Shown one piece after another: positions 1-13,200 of a DNA stretch of 64,000 bases; position 1 is the first letter of the stretch, and every line of letters starts with the position of its first letter. The translations under genes and the position numbers were made by a program. The DNA is from Podarcis bocagei. Lineage: Eukaryota. Under the pieces are notes generated by a model. That model was not told the origin of the DNA. It saw only the letters and a program-made list of their open reading frames with translations, and did not search any database. Where the stretch lies: the NCBI GenBank assembly GCA_964188305.1, contig OZ076885.1; one strand, 5' to 3'.

Positions 1-2281
1 CTGAAGAAAATACTAACAGACTTCATTATGTTAAGGTCTGGACACTTTTTGAACCACCAAACTGTGTCCTGTTCCTAAATTTCGATTTAGACTAAAGTAA
101 CACTACTTTTCTATAGTTAACTGTGCCCAAAGTGGTCATCAACCAGCAACTTGTCATGAAAATGCATAACAATTTGTTACAAAACGTATCAATAAACTCA
201 AATAAGACAACAATTCAAAAAACACAGGACAAGGTCAACATTATAGTAAAATAGTCTAGGCATGCAATTAGTAGGAGGGCTGTCCACTTGCCTCTAACCC
301 AGGAGTTGGAGCTGCACAGTTCTACCCAATATTTATCATGTATACAAGAACCAAAGGGTGTTTATTGTGATATCAGTGCTCCTCTGGCATGCAGTGGTTT
401 TTTGTCCATCCGTCCCCATCATTCACATGACTTTGTTGGCATAAAAAATGCCAGCCCATATTTTCCCTATTTAATCTGAATTTTCCAGGGAAACTTTGTA
501 ATCAATGACCTGTTTGCAGATTAAAGCCCAGCCTGGAAGCACCCTTTATCTCCTCAATCAAGCCTTCAAACTGGTAATGCTCCCACCCCCCCTTTTCAAA
601 TGTGAGAACAGAACAGAGAAGGAAAATGACAATATTATTTAGAGACAAGGGCTGTTTTGAATGCCACAATTCTGAGGTCTGTAATGTTCCTGGACCAAGA
701 GTGTATTGCTTTTACACGATTCAGCTTTCAAAATACATCACAGATTTTCAAGTCACACAAAGGCTCTGAAACAAAGTATAAAGGAATGTGTGTTCCTTTT
801 ATTTATTTCTAAATAGTTCTCACACATTATCCTGAATACACTCCCCCCCCCCTTTATGGTTTGTATATTTTTTTGAAATAGAACCAATCTTCCATTACTG
901 CTTTATCCCTGCAGCCTTGGTGTAAATTGAAACCCTGGTTAGATGGTTTGACTGTAATTGGATTAAGGCTAAAATCTTAATCCTTCTCAGAAAATATCAC
1001 ACTGCCCCCATCTGCTACTTTCTACCAGCATAAGACTTTTTTAAAAGTCTGCAGACAAGAAGGGCCAGGCTAATGCTGTACCTTGCACAGAAGCATCTCT
1101 CATTCATCCTTTTTGCTTTTACTTTTCTTGAACACTCAGCCTGAGGAAGAGTTTTGTTGCCCAAACTCACAAGTCATTTCTAGCAGGCATAATCTCACTT
1201 GTTTTTGCAACACCAACATGGACTCCATATTATGTTTCTTAGAGGAAACTCAGATGCATTTAAGCCCTACTGATATAGCTGAAGTGCCACTCAAAGCAGA
1301 GACATCTATTTTAGGACAGCAAAGCAGTCGAGTAAGTGGATCCCATTTCTGAAGACCATACATTGTGTGACATAAGGACCACATCCTAAAATGACTTGAA
1401 GTGGTGAAAGATTGAAAGTGCTAACTATTGCAGCCTCCATCTGTTATCCCTGAGCTTGAGTTGGCATGCCCAAGCAAAGAGGCGGACAATAGAGAAAGTC
1501 TTAAAATAACACTTACTTAAGATACTCAGCCAGCAAATAAGCAACAAACCTTACTGAGAATAATGTACTTCAGGAGGGTAGGAAGGGAAATAGAGATAAC
1601 TAGTGTCCAAGAAAGTAAACTAACCCAGGCTTAATAAAAGGCAGAAAATGTAACAGTCCAAAGAAAAAGAGCAAGCCAGAAATCAGCTTTCCTTTCCTAT
1701 GATCAAAGACAACCAGAGATTCACAACAATACAATTCAGAACATGGCCTTAAGTTTTAAGTACTGTCCTCCTTTGTGGGTACCCTGTTTTGAAGAGAATG
1801 GGATAGAATCCAGACAAAATATGGAGGATTTGCAGCCTAGTTGCTGCTAGAACATCCATTCCAAAACCCCAGAAGACCTAGAATGACATATTCTGTATAA
1901 ATTTCAGATAAAAGAGCAACATTTCAGGGGAAATAGTATTTTTTTAGGAGAAGGTCAAACTAACAAACTGCTAGTACTGTACTATTTAATTCACAATAGA
2001 CCAAAACTAGAATCTGAAACAAAATTCTGCTTCATAGCTATCTCAAGTTTTATTTTAAGAAAAATCAAGCTTGCAACCTTCACAGTTTTAGATAAAAAAA
2101 ATCTTTGAACGTATGTAGACAGAGTTAACTCCAAAGCAGGAGCAATATCTCAACTTTCTACACAGACTCTCTTTATATATGCTATGGCTTTTATTCCCTG
2201 AATCCATCTTGACAATCCATGGGTGAAGCCAGCGGGGGAGGCATCAGTAAAACTCAATAAAAATCAATACAAATCTGAAGT

Positions 2282-2302
2282 TCTCTCTCTCTCTCTCTCT
2301 CT
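2282..2302. repeat. (CT)n microsatellite
   Basis: Direct observation. Confidence 0.9.
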
Positions 2303-2654
2303 GAAGCTCCCAAACTGCCAATGGAATACATAATACAAACTGTTACAGAAAATTAAAAATTATACAAAATTATGCTGAGAGTATCATATGGAATGTATGC
2401 AGGTATAAAATATTTGCCAGCTTTGCTTATATTGTTAGCTATTGAATTAACAACGAAATCATTTCATATGGCTGATTTCTATCAAGCCTGCTTATTCCTC
2501 CCACTTGTGCAAGGAGAGTGCTCTTTTGGCTAGATAATGAGAACTATTAGTATATAAATATATAGGGCCTCCTCTGTCACATGTTTTGGCTTTATTTGAA
2601 ACTTAAATCACTAAATTTTAAACAGTAAGCAAAACTAATGTAGTTCAAACCACA

Positions 2655-4118
2655 AGAGTCAAGGTCGTTTAATGGTAGTTTATTTTCACATTCACACAAC
2701 TGTACACTTTTCTATAAATAGATGTGGGGCTGAAATATGTACATCTTCCCTCCCTCCCTGGAAACTCATTCATAATACACAGTCCATTCAACAGCCACAC
2801 AGACCAAGCTGAATGGAACAATCCCAATGATTTCTGGAGGCAGATTGCCAATAAACCCTGTGAACTCATATGGTACTCCAATATGAGTCAGAGAAGTCAG
2901 TCAGATGTTCTACAGTTTGTTACATACTGCTGATCCTCTCCTTCAAGTACCCTGGTGCATGTTTGCATTAGAGTCCAGTACAGTCCATGAAAAAATAAAA
3001 GGCATATTAAATATTCATTTTCCAGCTTACTTAGAAATAAAAAAATCAAATGATACTTTACCTGGGAGGGAGGCTTCATTGCACAGTAGCACGGTGTTTG
3101 CAAAATTATTTAATATACATGTACAATTTGACAGAAGCAATGGCTAAAAGGAGACTTGGAATGAGGATATACAGTGCTATGGACAAACATTTGCATCCTC
3201 ACAACCATTTTATGATTTGATGTGTTTCCAACAATATATAACAGAATTATAGGGTGCTCTAAATACTGAAGCTTTATGTGAGTATGTAATGATTTAACCA
3301 ATAGCACTGTGTTGATTTTGGTGGTGGTGGTGGTGGAGATTTGCCTTTCTTCACTTAATTCTAGACGTTTACCATGAAGAAGTCTATCACTATGAGCATG
3401 TACTACGGAACTGAACTGGAATGTCAGCAAAATGTTAGTCTCCTGTTTAAAAGAATATGTACAGTACATGCACACTGGACTGCATCATCCTTCCTGTGCC
3501 TTGATTTCCACCCATTCCTCTGAAGACACAATGACCAGACATGTGTGTAGTTTTGCTTCCACTCTCAAACAACCACGCCTTTCTGTGGAATGGGTTGGAG
3601 CAGCTTGCAGACAAAAAAGGGCCGCGTGAAAGTAATTCCATGCTGACAAAGTTAAGTCTGGAGAGCAAGGAACAAAATAATGTACAGTAAAGCACATTAG
3701 CAGCAGCAGCAGCAACAACAACAACGGGTGAGCCAGGCAAGACTGAGTTGCTTTCATTGCATACATAACAGAAAATATGAAAACAGAGGCTTGATTCTAT
3801 AAATAAAAAAAAAGTCAAACAATGGTATCACTGTAAAATAAAGAGAGCCGAACCTCATGTGAGCAAATCGTCTGGGACAGCTAATTCCAAGAGCATGGCC
3901 AGAGCAGACCACACTCAGTTCTAGAAAGGATGCCAAGAAGTGCTGGAGAAGAACAGCTTCAGCACACAAATGAATAGTTAAGTCTGACTTTTGTAAAGGG
4001 GACTTGCAGGGCCATAGATAAACAAACAAGTTTTCATAAGAGATGGTTATGTGAGCTCCAATAACAGCCATAGAAAAGGGAGTATTACAGGCCAATGAAT
4101 TTCCCGTGGTGGTGTTGA
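2655..4118 (-). other. MADD: MADD 3'UTR (3' end approximate)
   Basis: Follows the stop codon; U-rich, no recognisable transposon; ends at tandem poly(A) signals. Confidence 0.7.
2668..2684 (-). terminator. Poly(A) signals AATAAA (2679-2684) and ATTAAA (2668-2673)
   Basis: Upstream UGUA elements and downstream GU-rich ttgtggttt on the minus strand. Confidence 0.65.
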
Positions 4119-4226
4119 TCAGCTGGAGACTGGGCGAGGTGGCTTGCTTTTGCTTTCTGCTTCTTTCCCACGAACTGCAGCCACATAAGAGAAGAGACAC
4201 AATACCGAGTAGCAGATCTCATGAGC
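4119..4226 (-). CDS. MADD: MADD terminal coding exon (~ex36): [35 protein letters not shown]
   Basis: tag| acceptor; TGA at 4119-4121. Confidence 0.97.
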   Translation of the reverse strand, partial: AHEICYSVLCLFSYVAAVRGKEAESKSKPPRPVSS

Positions 4227-7200
4227 CTAGAAGACATTAGGAAAGACAACAGTGAAGGTTTGAGTAATTAAAGGTCTCCGGACTGTATTTATTGTATACC
4301 TTAGAGTTCCTTTACTTCGAGAACAATTATAGAAAGCTCCAATAGATGCCTTGAAATTGGTGATTCATCTATCTCATCCACACATATAAGGCTAAAGAAT
4401 GCCCACTGTTTCAGCCTCAAATAAATTAAGGCAATAACAGGTGTAATTTTTTCCACCTGTGGAACCTATCTGCAGTGCCCTTACTTGCATTTAAAATGGA
4501 GCACTCAAGTGAGAGGCCCAAGGGCCATATGTAGCCCTCAATGCATCTTTTAGCACCCCCACCCAGCCCTGGTGCTGTGTTCCCAGAGCCGGGTGAGGCT
4601 GGGCTTTGGGAAGGAGGCGTGAGGGCTCTGATAGAGTCCTAGAGTCCTCCTTCCTCATTCCCAAATCCTGGTTTGTGCTTTCCCAGTTTTGGGGAGGCAG
4701 TGTGAGGGCTGTGCCAGGGGGGAGGGCATGATATTATAGCCTTGCTCCCTTCGCCCCATCCAATAAGGAAGTGTGCAGCCTGAGCGTTCTGTGTCAAAGT
4801 ATTCTTGTGGCCCAGTTGATATGAAAAGTTGGACTGCCCTGATTTAAAACATACCTTTGCTCTTCAAGGTTGAATTCTATAAAGACTGGCTCTGCGTAAA
4901 CGGTTTATGCATGGAGCCTATTAAATTCTATGATAGGAAGGACGTCTAATTCGGAAGCCCTTTGCGAGCGTTCCTGAGGGATCCTGCCTTATGCCACTGA
5001 GATAAGGTTTGTCCGGAAATAACAGAAGCTCCGCCTCCTAGTTAACAGAATTGGATGTCAGACCTTGTCTGCTGCCAAAAGGAGGTGCATTCTCAGAAGT
5101 CAGACTGCCCTACTGTTACTATGGAGGCAAAGCAAAATCAAGAGATGAATCAGTGCTTAAATGAACAACCATGCAGTGCTTTACAAAAGATAAAAGGCAG
5201 GGAGGGAGCAGCTTGCTTGAAGCATTATGGAGGGGCAAGGTTGGCATTCCATTCACTGATATGCGCATATATCATTTCAGCTGCAAAACTAGTGCGTAAT
5301 TATTGTTGTTTGTTTGTTTGTGGTAAAAATTGCTTTTGTTTTTCCATCTTTCATGTACACATCTGTAAGATCACAGTTGAGTAGGTATGATGCCCTCCTG
5401 CATTTCTCATGCCTTTTGTGGTCACTTGTATCATAAATACCTATTAACTGTAAACTCAGTAAAAATATTGGAAGGGGCACTGCAAAACTAGGAGGAAGCT
5501 GGGTTTGCACTGCAATTGAGGTGCCTGACAAACATCATGTTTCCATATCAAATCTGTCTTCATCCTGAGTAGAGGACTTCACAAAGTGAAAGTAGAAGTT
5601 ACACAAGTGTGCAACCATTTTATGTGCCATCCAAACTCTGGCTGGCTGCAAAAGACTTTTATGCAATAATAAAAAAAAACTCGTTTGAGTTTGCAGCAAA
5701 GCATCAGGAGATCTATGGAGGTAATGTTTAAAGGAAATGATACCAAAATTCCACCTAAAGGTTCAATATTATACACAGAGTGAAAATGGTATGTGGAAGG
5801 TCTGTTTCTTATTCTAGGTCATAGCCCAAACATATTGTTAACCACTAGACTTTGTCATCTACACAAACATACTTATACAGTGTCTAAATATTTTTTTAAA
5901 TCCTCTGCTAACTGGTAGCATCAAATGTACCCCAAAAGGGGGGAAAAACTTTTCTGCCAGTCTTTTGTAACTGTCTATTAGATCCCACACACCATTCTTG
6001 TGGGTTTATATCCTATACAATGTATGATGTTATTGATCCCAATGATTTATTTGCAACTATATTGTTTTACTAAAAAAAAGGTGACTTTTCAATGAAGGTG
6101 TAATTTTGTAGATATGTACTTGCTCTCATGCTTAATACAATCTCACAGTTTTTTGTTTTAGTTTTCTTGGGGAAAAGTTGCCCTCATTTGGATATAATAA
6201 TTTTTTGTTGTTGCTGGAGGGTCAAATCAAACAGTTTTAAAACTCTTAAGATATCTGCTTCAATATACACCTGACGATTATAAAAATTTTGTTTTCAGAT
6301 TAATTCAAAAGATCTCAAGTGGTAATCATTAATATAGTTATGTTCTCAGTGATCGTAAGCCAGTATGTGTAGCATCTTAAATACAAGACTTTTAAGTTAA
6401 TTATAGAATTGAAGATTCCCATGTTTTATTAGCTCAAACCACAAATCCTCCTAGTTTCTGGAAAATGGGATGGAAAAGTAAACATTAATTAGTAGTTGTC
6501 CCATTTTCTAGATGCTGACTGAGGTCTTTAAAAAACCAATTATTTTATACTGTATAGTTGAAGTAATCAGATAAAATGCAAACCATCAAATTTTGCTAGT
6601 CTAGTTTGCTTCTGAAGCCCTAGTTTGCTTTCTGAAGTTCAACACAAAAATAAGCTGAAACCCATCATCAGAATACACACAAAAACCTGTAGGCTTATAC
6701 ATTCCTTCAGTCCTTATTTTTATTCTCTTCATTTTGAAACTGATCATAACCATACTTCCCCAGAAGCTTCCATTGAAGTGAAGTTGTCTAACTTGGGAAA
6801 ATTAGCAAGATGGAGAGCAGTCTGAATGCTGAAATGCCACAAGGTGGACATGATAAGAAAACTTTTGAGAAATAACCAGACGACATAGCAGATGACTCAC
6901 CATTGGCGTCTTGTACTTGTGGCTCACCACTTCTTTAGTTTCAGGAACTAAAACCGGACGGGCAAGAGACAAAACAAAGAGTTCAAAAAACGACAAGAAA
7001 AATTGAGGGGTATAGTACAATGTTCCCAAAGGCAAGAGGAAAGGAAATGTGCAATGAGCTGCAGGGGGAAAAAGCACTCAGAATCACAGAATTGTAGAGC
7101 TGGAAGGGACCCCAGGGTCATCTAGTCCAACCCCCTGCAATGTAGGAATCTCAACTAAACAATCCTTTTTTACTAATGCTAAACTTTACTCATTCTTTTT

Positions 7201-10200
7201 TCTTTCTACCGTTAAACATTGACCTATACCTGTGCTGGTGCCATTAGTTCTTGCTTTAGATAACGTTCCAAAGGAAGATTTGGCAGACACCATCTTAAGA
7301 GCCTAAATACTTCTGTTCAATCATTTGTCAATGTGACAGGCTTAGTTTCAGATTTCACCTGTACATCAGCAACAGCAGATACATATTCCACTCTTATATA
7401 AACTAGCAGAAATTTACTTATGGATATTAAAAATTAAATGCCAGGAAGTCCAACTTCTATTCCCTCTGCAATAAGGAAGCAGAAGTAACAACGAAGGAAA
7501 TACTGCTCTTCTTTTATCGCATTCAAATTGACCACATCAAAAGCTTGTGCATTAGTACAATTTCTGATCTGAATAACGTAATCAAACAACTACAGGCGTC
7601 CCTCCAACTTACGTGCGATTGACCACATATGTGAGCAGCATTGGGAAATAAATAGACTCAAACCAGGAAATGGCAGGATTGCACTAGAAAGTCCTCGTAA
7701 CTCATGAGGAGACACTTCCCAGAGTCTGAAGAGGACTTCAGTGAGGGCAGAGGAAGCCCCAAAGAGACCAGAGGCACAGCAGGGCTTTGCTTTGGCTGCT
7801 CAGCCTCCCCACCCAGCAACTGACATACATGGGAGCAAGTCACCACCTATTTTCTGTGCATCCTCTAGCCTCCAAGTGGCCCCAGAGCTTCAACTCTAGT
7901 TTCAGAGAGAGTTATATGCAGAGAGAGCTGGAGAGCATGTAAAAATGGGCATTCAGAGGCTTTTTAGAGAGTATTCCCCACTTATGTGATTTTTGCTTAT
8001 GCGAACGGGGCCCCCAAAATGTAACCCAAACATAAGTGTGCGGGAGGACGCCTGTATATTCTAAAGTCAAATTATTATGGAATGATTTTGAATCTTTTCT
8101 TTGCAAAACATCTCAGATTTTCTAGGTTAACATAAAACAACTGAAGAAAAGAGCCACTCTCCCCACCCCCCAAAAGGAATCCATGCATTTATCATGGGGA
8201 AAGATAGAGTAAGTATCTTATCATATAAACCCTGATATCACCTACTAAGACAGAATAAATGAATAGTCAATCTATGAACAAATGAATTCAGTATAAATGC
8301 TTATGTGGTGAAACAATATAGCTCAAACAAGCCCTTTCATACACGAGAACAAATGCTATCCAGGAGAAGGTCAATACAAAACGATAAAAAACTAACCAAT
8401 ATTACAATGAGTCATAACTCTAATACAAAACTATGTGCCAGCAGCTAGAACACAGGGCATTGCGGCATCAACATTTCTGGAAAGTTCTTAGGAAAATCCC
8501 ACATATTTAACATATGTACATCCCCAAAAGACACTATTCCATGCCACCAGGAACTAGATGAAGAGCAAGGTCTCACTCTAAACTACTTTAGTATCAAATA
8601 ATTCTGGTACCAACTCTGTATCCCCATAAAAATGATTTAAACAACTAAAACCTGCTATATCATCACAAAAGGAATAAAAAATGATTAACACATTTCTGAG
8701 CTTGGAGTTAGTATGATCATTTGAAAGGCAAGTATATTGGACAGAAGAAACTGAAGTCAAGAAGTCTGGACCAAACAGAAGAGGAGTTGCAAAGTTCCTG
8801 ACCCTTGAGAACTGGTTTTAGGAAGGGGACCATCACGCTCACTAAATCCCCCTGTTCCCCAACTCCAAAAATGAAAATAGGTTTTTAGAAAGGAAACTGG
8901 AAGAGAACCGGGGGGGGGGGGGTTACAAAGACCAAAAAAAGTTTGGTGGGGGGAGGGGGATAAAACATTACTACTGCATAGTATTAACAAACAAACCAAA
9001 AACAAGCTGAAAGGGGGCATCTGATTTCTGAAGCTTTTACAGTTAGAAGGATGAAAGAAATAAGTACACAAGTGCCATCCTGCTTCCTCTTGCCCTGTGA
9101 ATAAGAATACAGGTACAAAGTACTAACAAAGGATTGGGAGGAGGGGCAACACTTTACCTGCTGGAGAATGAAGGTTTTCATAGCAGCAACAGTGAAGGGG
9201 TCACCAAAAAGTTAAGCACAAATACATAGCAGTAACTCAAATCTCAGAGCCAAGGCCTGGTGCTTCCTACTTTCTCTAAGCAATTCTTTCCAGGAACACT
9301 TGCTTCCAGCTATACGCCCTAAGATCTCATCTCCAACTTCCACATTGTCCTTTGTAAAGTGGTCTTGGATAACATGAGAAACATAAAAACAACCAGTTGC
9401 AGATAGGTAGCCGTGCTGGTCTGCCATAGTCAAAATAAAAAAATTCCTTCCAGTAGCATCTTAAAGACCAACTAAGTTAGTTCTTGGTAATACCAAGAAC
9501 TAACTTGGTTGGTCTTTAAGGTGCTACTGGAAGGAATTTTTTTATTTTGATAAAAACAACCAAGCTGACAAAATGAAGATCAAGCAATGTGAAGTATAAT
9601 CAGTAAGACCTACAGAACAACCTTATTACTCATTGGTTAGCTAGTTATTTTGGATGGCGATTAAAAACTACAATTCTTCCTATTAGGAAAAAGCAGGAAA
9701 ATCTGCTTTAGCAATTGTGGATTCCATGCACTACCACTTTCATACTTTCATATGCAGCTGATAATGTCTTCTTTTGAAATTATCAAAACATGAGATAATT
9801 ATATATTATATACAAGGCTTGGGCCTATTGTCTATAGTCATTGAAATTTCGGTTTCAAGGTCTGTCAGACACAAACTGACTGAAACAAAGATGGAGACAA
9901 AGTGGCTCTTTGCTGGACCATAACTCTTAATAGTCTCTCACCCTTGGCCGCACTTATCAGGTTCTTCCTCGCAGGCTAAATTTGACAGGTGGGCAAAGCT
10001 GCCTGTCTGCTGATCACCTGATGTCACAAATGATATCAGGTGATTGGGTGCTTTGAAATCAGCCAAGTCCCACCCCTCCCTGCCCTGCAATTGACATCAG
10101 GTGTAGGCCGGGTGGGCATGATGTGCACAAAGCAGTTTGCAGGCCAAATAGGGAAGCCTGATGGGATGCATCTGGCCCATGGACCAGAGGCTTCCCACCC

Positions 10201-13200
10201 TGTTCTAGCTTAGTAAACTTAGTAAACAATCACATAGCACAGGGGTGCCTGATCCAGATCAGGGCCATATCAAAAGGAAGAAGGGATGAACCTTTCTTGG
10301 GACAGGCCAAGACTGCAACAACTTATTTCTTTCCAGGGGAGTTTCTAGATGGGAAGTTTATTGTGGAACTGGTGCTGATCACTAACACAAGTTTTTTAGA
10401 GTGTCCTCATGGCATTGTCATCAAACCGTCAGCCCATTTTTTTATATTTAATACAGATTTCCCCTTAACCTAGAAAATATACATAAAATTAACCTCCAAA
10501 TACATCTTCAGTCACTTCTGGTCTGAAAGCTCATTAGCTTTTGGTGGGTGGTTTATTATGTGATGGCATTTTAGTAGATAGTCTCTGTCACATCTCTAGT
10601 CATTTCACTTGCAGTGGTCCCCGGTACCACTGGAATATTGATCATTTCATGCTGAAGGCTTGCCTGTTTTGGAGAATCTAGTCTCTCAGTACCTTCACAC
10701 CATGTAGGGAGATTGCCTTTGAGACTAATTGGAGTACATACACCAGGGTTTTAAAAAATGTTTGATATGGAGGTCTTGCAGAAGACCTCTTTATCATTCT
10801 TGCCCAAGTCTTATGGTAAATCTCACTCTTGCACAAGACCTCAGTGCTAAAAATTAAAAATCAAGTGAACAAATGAAAATGAATATGGCCCTCACTACAG
10901 CAAAAAAGCACACTCCTCCATTTTACTCATTGTGAAACCAGATAAATGGCTGGATAAGACTGGTAATGTGTTCTTCTGGGTTTGTTTTTTTTTTAAAGAT
11001 ACACACATCGGTTCAGAAATACCTGTATACATGTATATTCAGACTAGAAAAAGGAGATTGGGGAAGGTGGGAGGAGTGGCACAAAACTCAGCTCAGATAC
11101 ATTCTGTCAAGCTCTGCCCATGGTGAATGGCAAGCGGCAGAACAGAATGAACATTGATGACTGCAAATGGAAATGTGTGGCTAATGTGTCAAATGGACAA
11201 CCAACCAAATCAGATCTGAAGGACCTATTCTGTGGTATAAGGCCACTCTCTGGAAGCACCCAAACAGTACTTTCACAGAAGAAAGGGTCTCCCAAAGCGA
11301 AGTGAACTGGAATATTGACCAGCAATTGCTCTCATCAGTCAGTCTGAGTATCAGTTGAGCATTTATGTGAATCCCATGCAATGACCTTTGGTGCAGTGCA
11401 GATGGCATGGACTGCTTACAAACTGCTATAGAGCTTCGGCGTAACTGACCTGCTGATTTGTACCAGTGTACATACTCTCAAAAGATGTCTTGGAGAACCA
11501 TCTACAGAAGATGGAATTCACTTTTACATTACATGCCCCCACATTTCAATGAATTTGAAAAGAAAAATGATTATTGATATATGGAACTTCATAAATTGGA
11601 ATAAATTTGGAACATCCATAAATATGGAAGTTTAAATTGCCCTGAGTTAAATTCTACACTCACTTCATGTAGCAGAAGTTCTTTACCTAGCTATCCCTTT
11701 CCCAGCTCTTCTTTTCCCATCAGAATAAGTTCCTTGTCAAAACAAAACAAATCACTATGCTGAATTTACCCCATTCAACGAAGTTTTCTTAAGCAGCAAA
11801 AAAGAAGTTAACTTGTTATCCTCATTTCACCTCAGATCAAATACAAATCAAAGAAGTGTAGACATTGTAGTCTGTTGCAGAACATACAACAAGAATCCTC
11901 TAACACATTGAAGTAGCAAATTATTGTGGCCTAAAATTCATGATCCAGAGCCCATTTCATTGAAACCAATGCAATGCATCAATACTATATCTAGTAACAG
12001 CCTAACTACTATAGAAAGATAGCCTAGTTAAAAAAAACAAAAAAAACACAAAGTACACTAATTGCTGGTCGCCATCCCCATCTGCACTGGACAACCTCAG
12101 AAAAGTCAGCTATGTCCTGCTGGTCTCTCTCTCTCTCTCTCTCTCTCTGACACCCACCCACACGTTTCTTCCTGATAGCAACAGGGAGCATTCCTCAGTA
12201 ACAGGAAAAATATACAAGGCAGTCACACCTCACTCATTCCACATACACTCACCACACACATACAAACCACAGGTGCACATGCAACACTCACTCTCTCTCG
12301 CTCTCGCTCACTCATACACAACACACTTCATACCTGCATTTCTCCCTGTCTCTCTGTCCAAGTGCATCTGTCACAGACATGGGTGTCCACAGGAATTTTT
12401 CCATTGGGGTAGGCAAAATAAAGCACTGAAAGGATGAAGCAGCCAATGTCTCCCCCAAAATGGGAAGAATAGTGCCTATAGGTTTTGCCTTATATCTCAG
12501 GTTCTAAAATTGTTAGAAATGTACATCCTGGGGACACTAAAAAGGCTTTCGCATATGCCATGGTGATGTATTATACTCAGACTCTTGGGCAAGTAACTTG
12601 CTCTTTTTGACCAGGCAGATCCCCATAGTAGCTGCTTTGTGGTGGTGCCCATAAGAGTTGCTCAAATTCCTAAATATGCCCACAGACCCAAAAGGTTGGT
12701 GACTCCAGCTCTAAAATCTTGTTATCTAAGCTTAACAATGCCTCAAGTTCACTCATGTCTTCTCCAGTTCTAATAACCTGTTTAGACACAATTTATGCTG
12801 CTTCCTTTGACCTTTCCCTGCCACCCCCCAAAAAAGAAAAATCTATCAAAACGATACAGTTCTGCCTCATGGAGAGGATCAGAAATTTGAGTTACTGCCA
12901 TGTGAGTACAAACCTAATATCAAAATAATGTAATTACCAAATTCTTCCAGGACAAAGACTCCTCGCACTGTATTGCACTTTTTAATGTGATTCAGCTCTA
13001 TGAAAACCTGAAAGAAAAGAGGAGGAAGACACATGATTAGAATAAAGAATGCAATGTCAAAATAAAACAAGAACAAAAAGCACACCACAGCAGTTATAAC
13101 TTGGAATGTTGTAGCATATACTACCAGTTCAACTATAGTTTACTACTTAAATCAAAAGAAAGAGAAATTGGAAAATAAAAATCAAAAAATTGCCACAATG

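Noticed and set aside
1-2600. 3' end of a convergent neighbouring gene (MYBPC3 by mammalian synteny); plus-strand AATAAA at ~191, ~1633, ~2256
   Set aside because: No recognisable coding exon; AATAAA is common in AT-rich DNA.
8578-8775. Possible alternative terminal exon (60-aa ORF after ggtccag)
   Set aside because: No homology and a modest acceptor; expected by chance.
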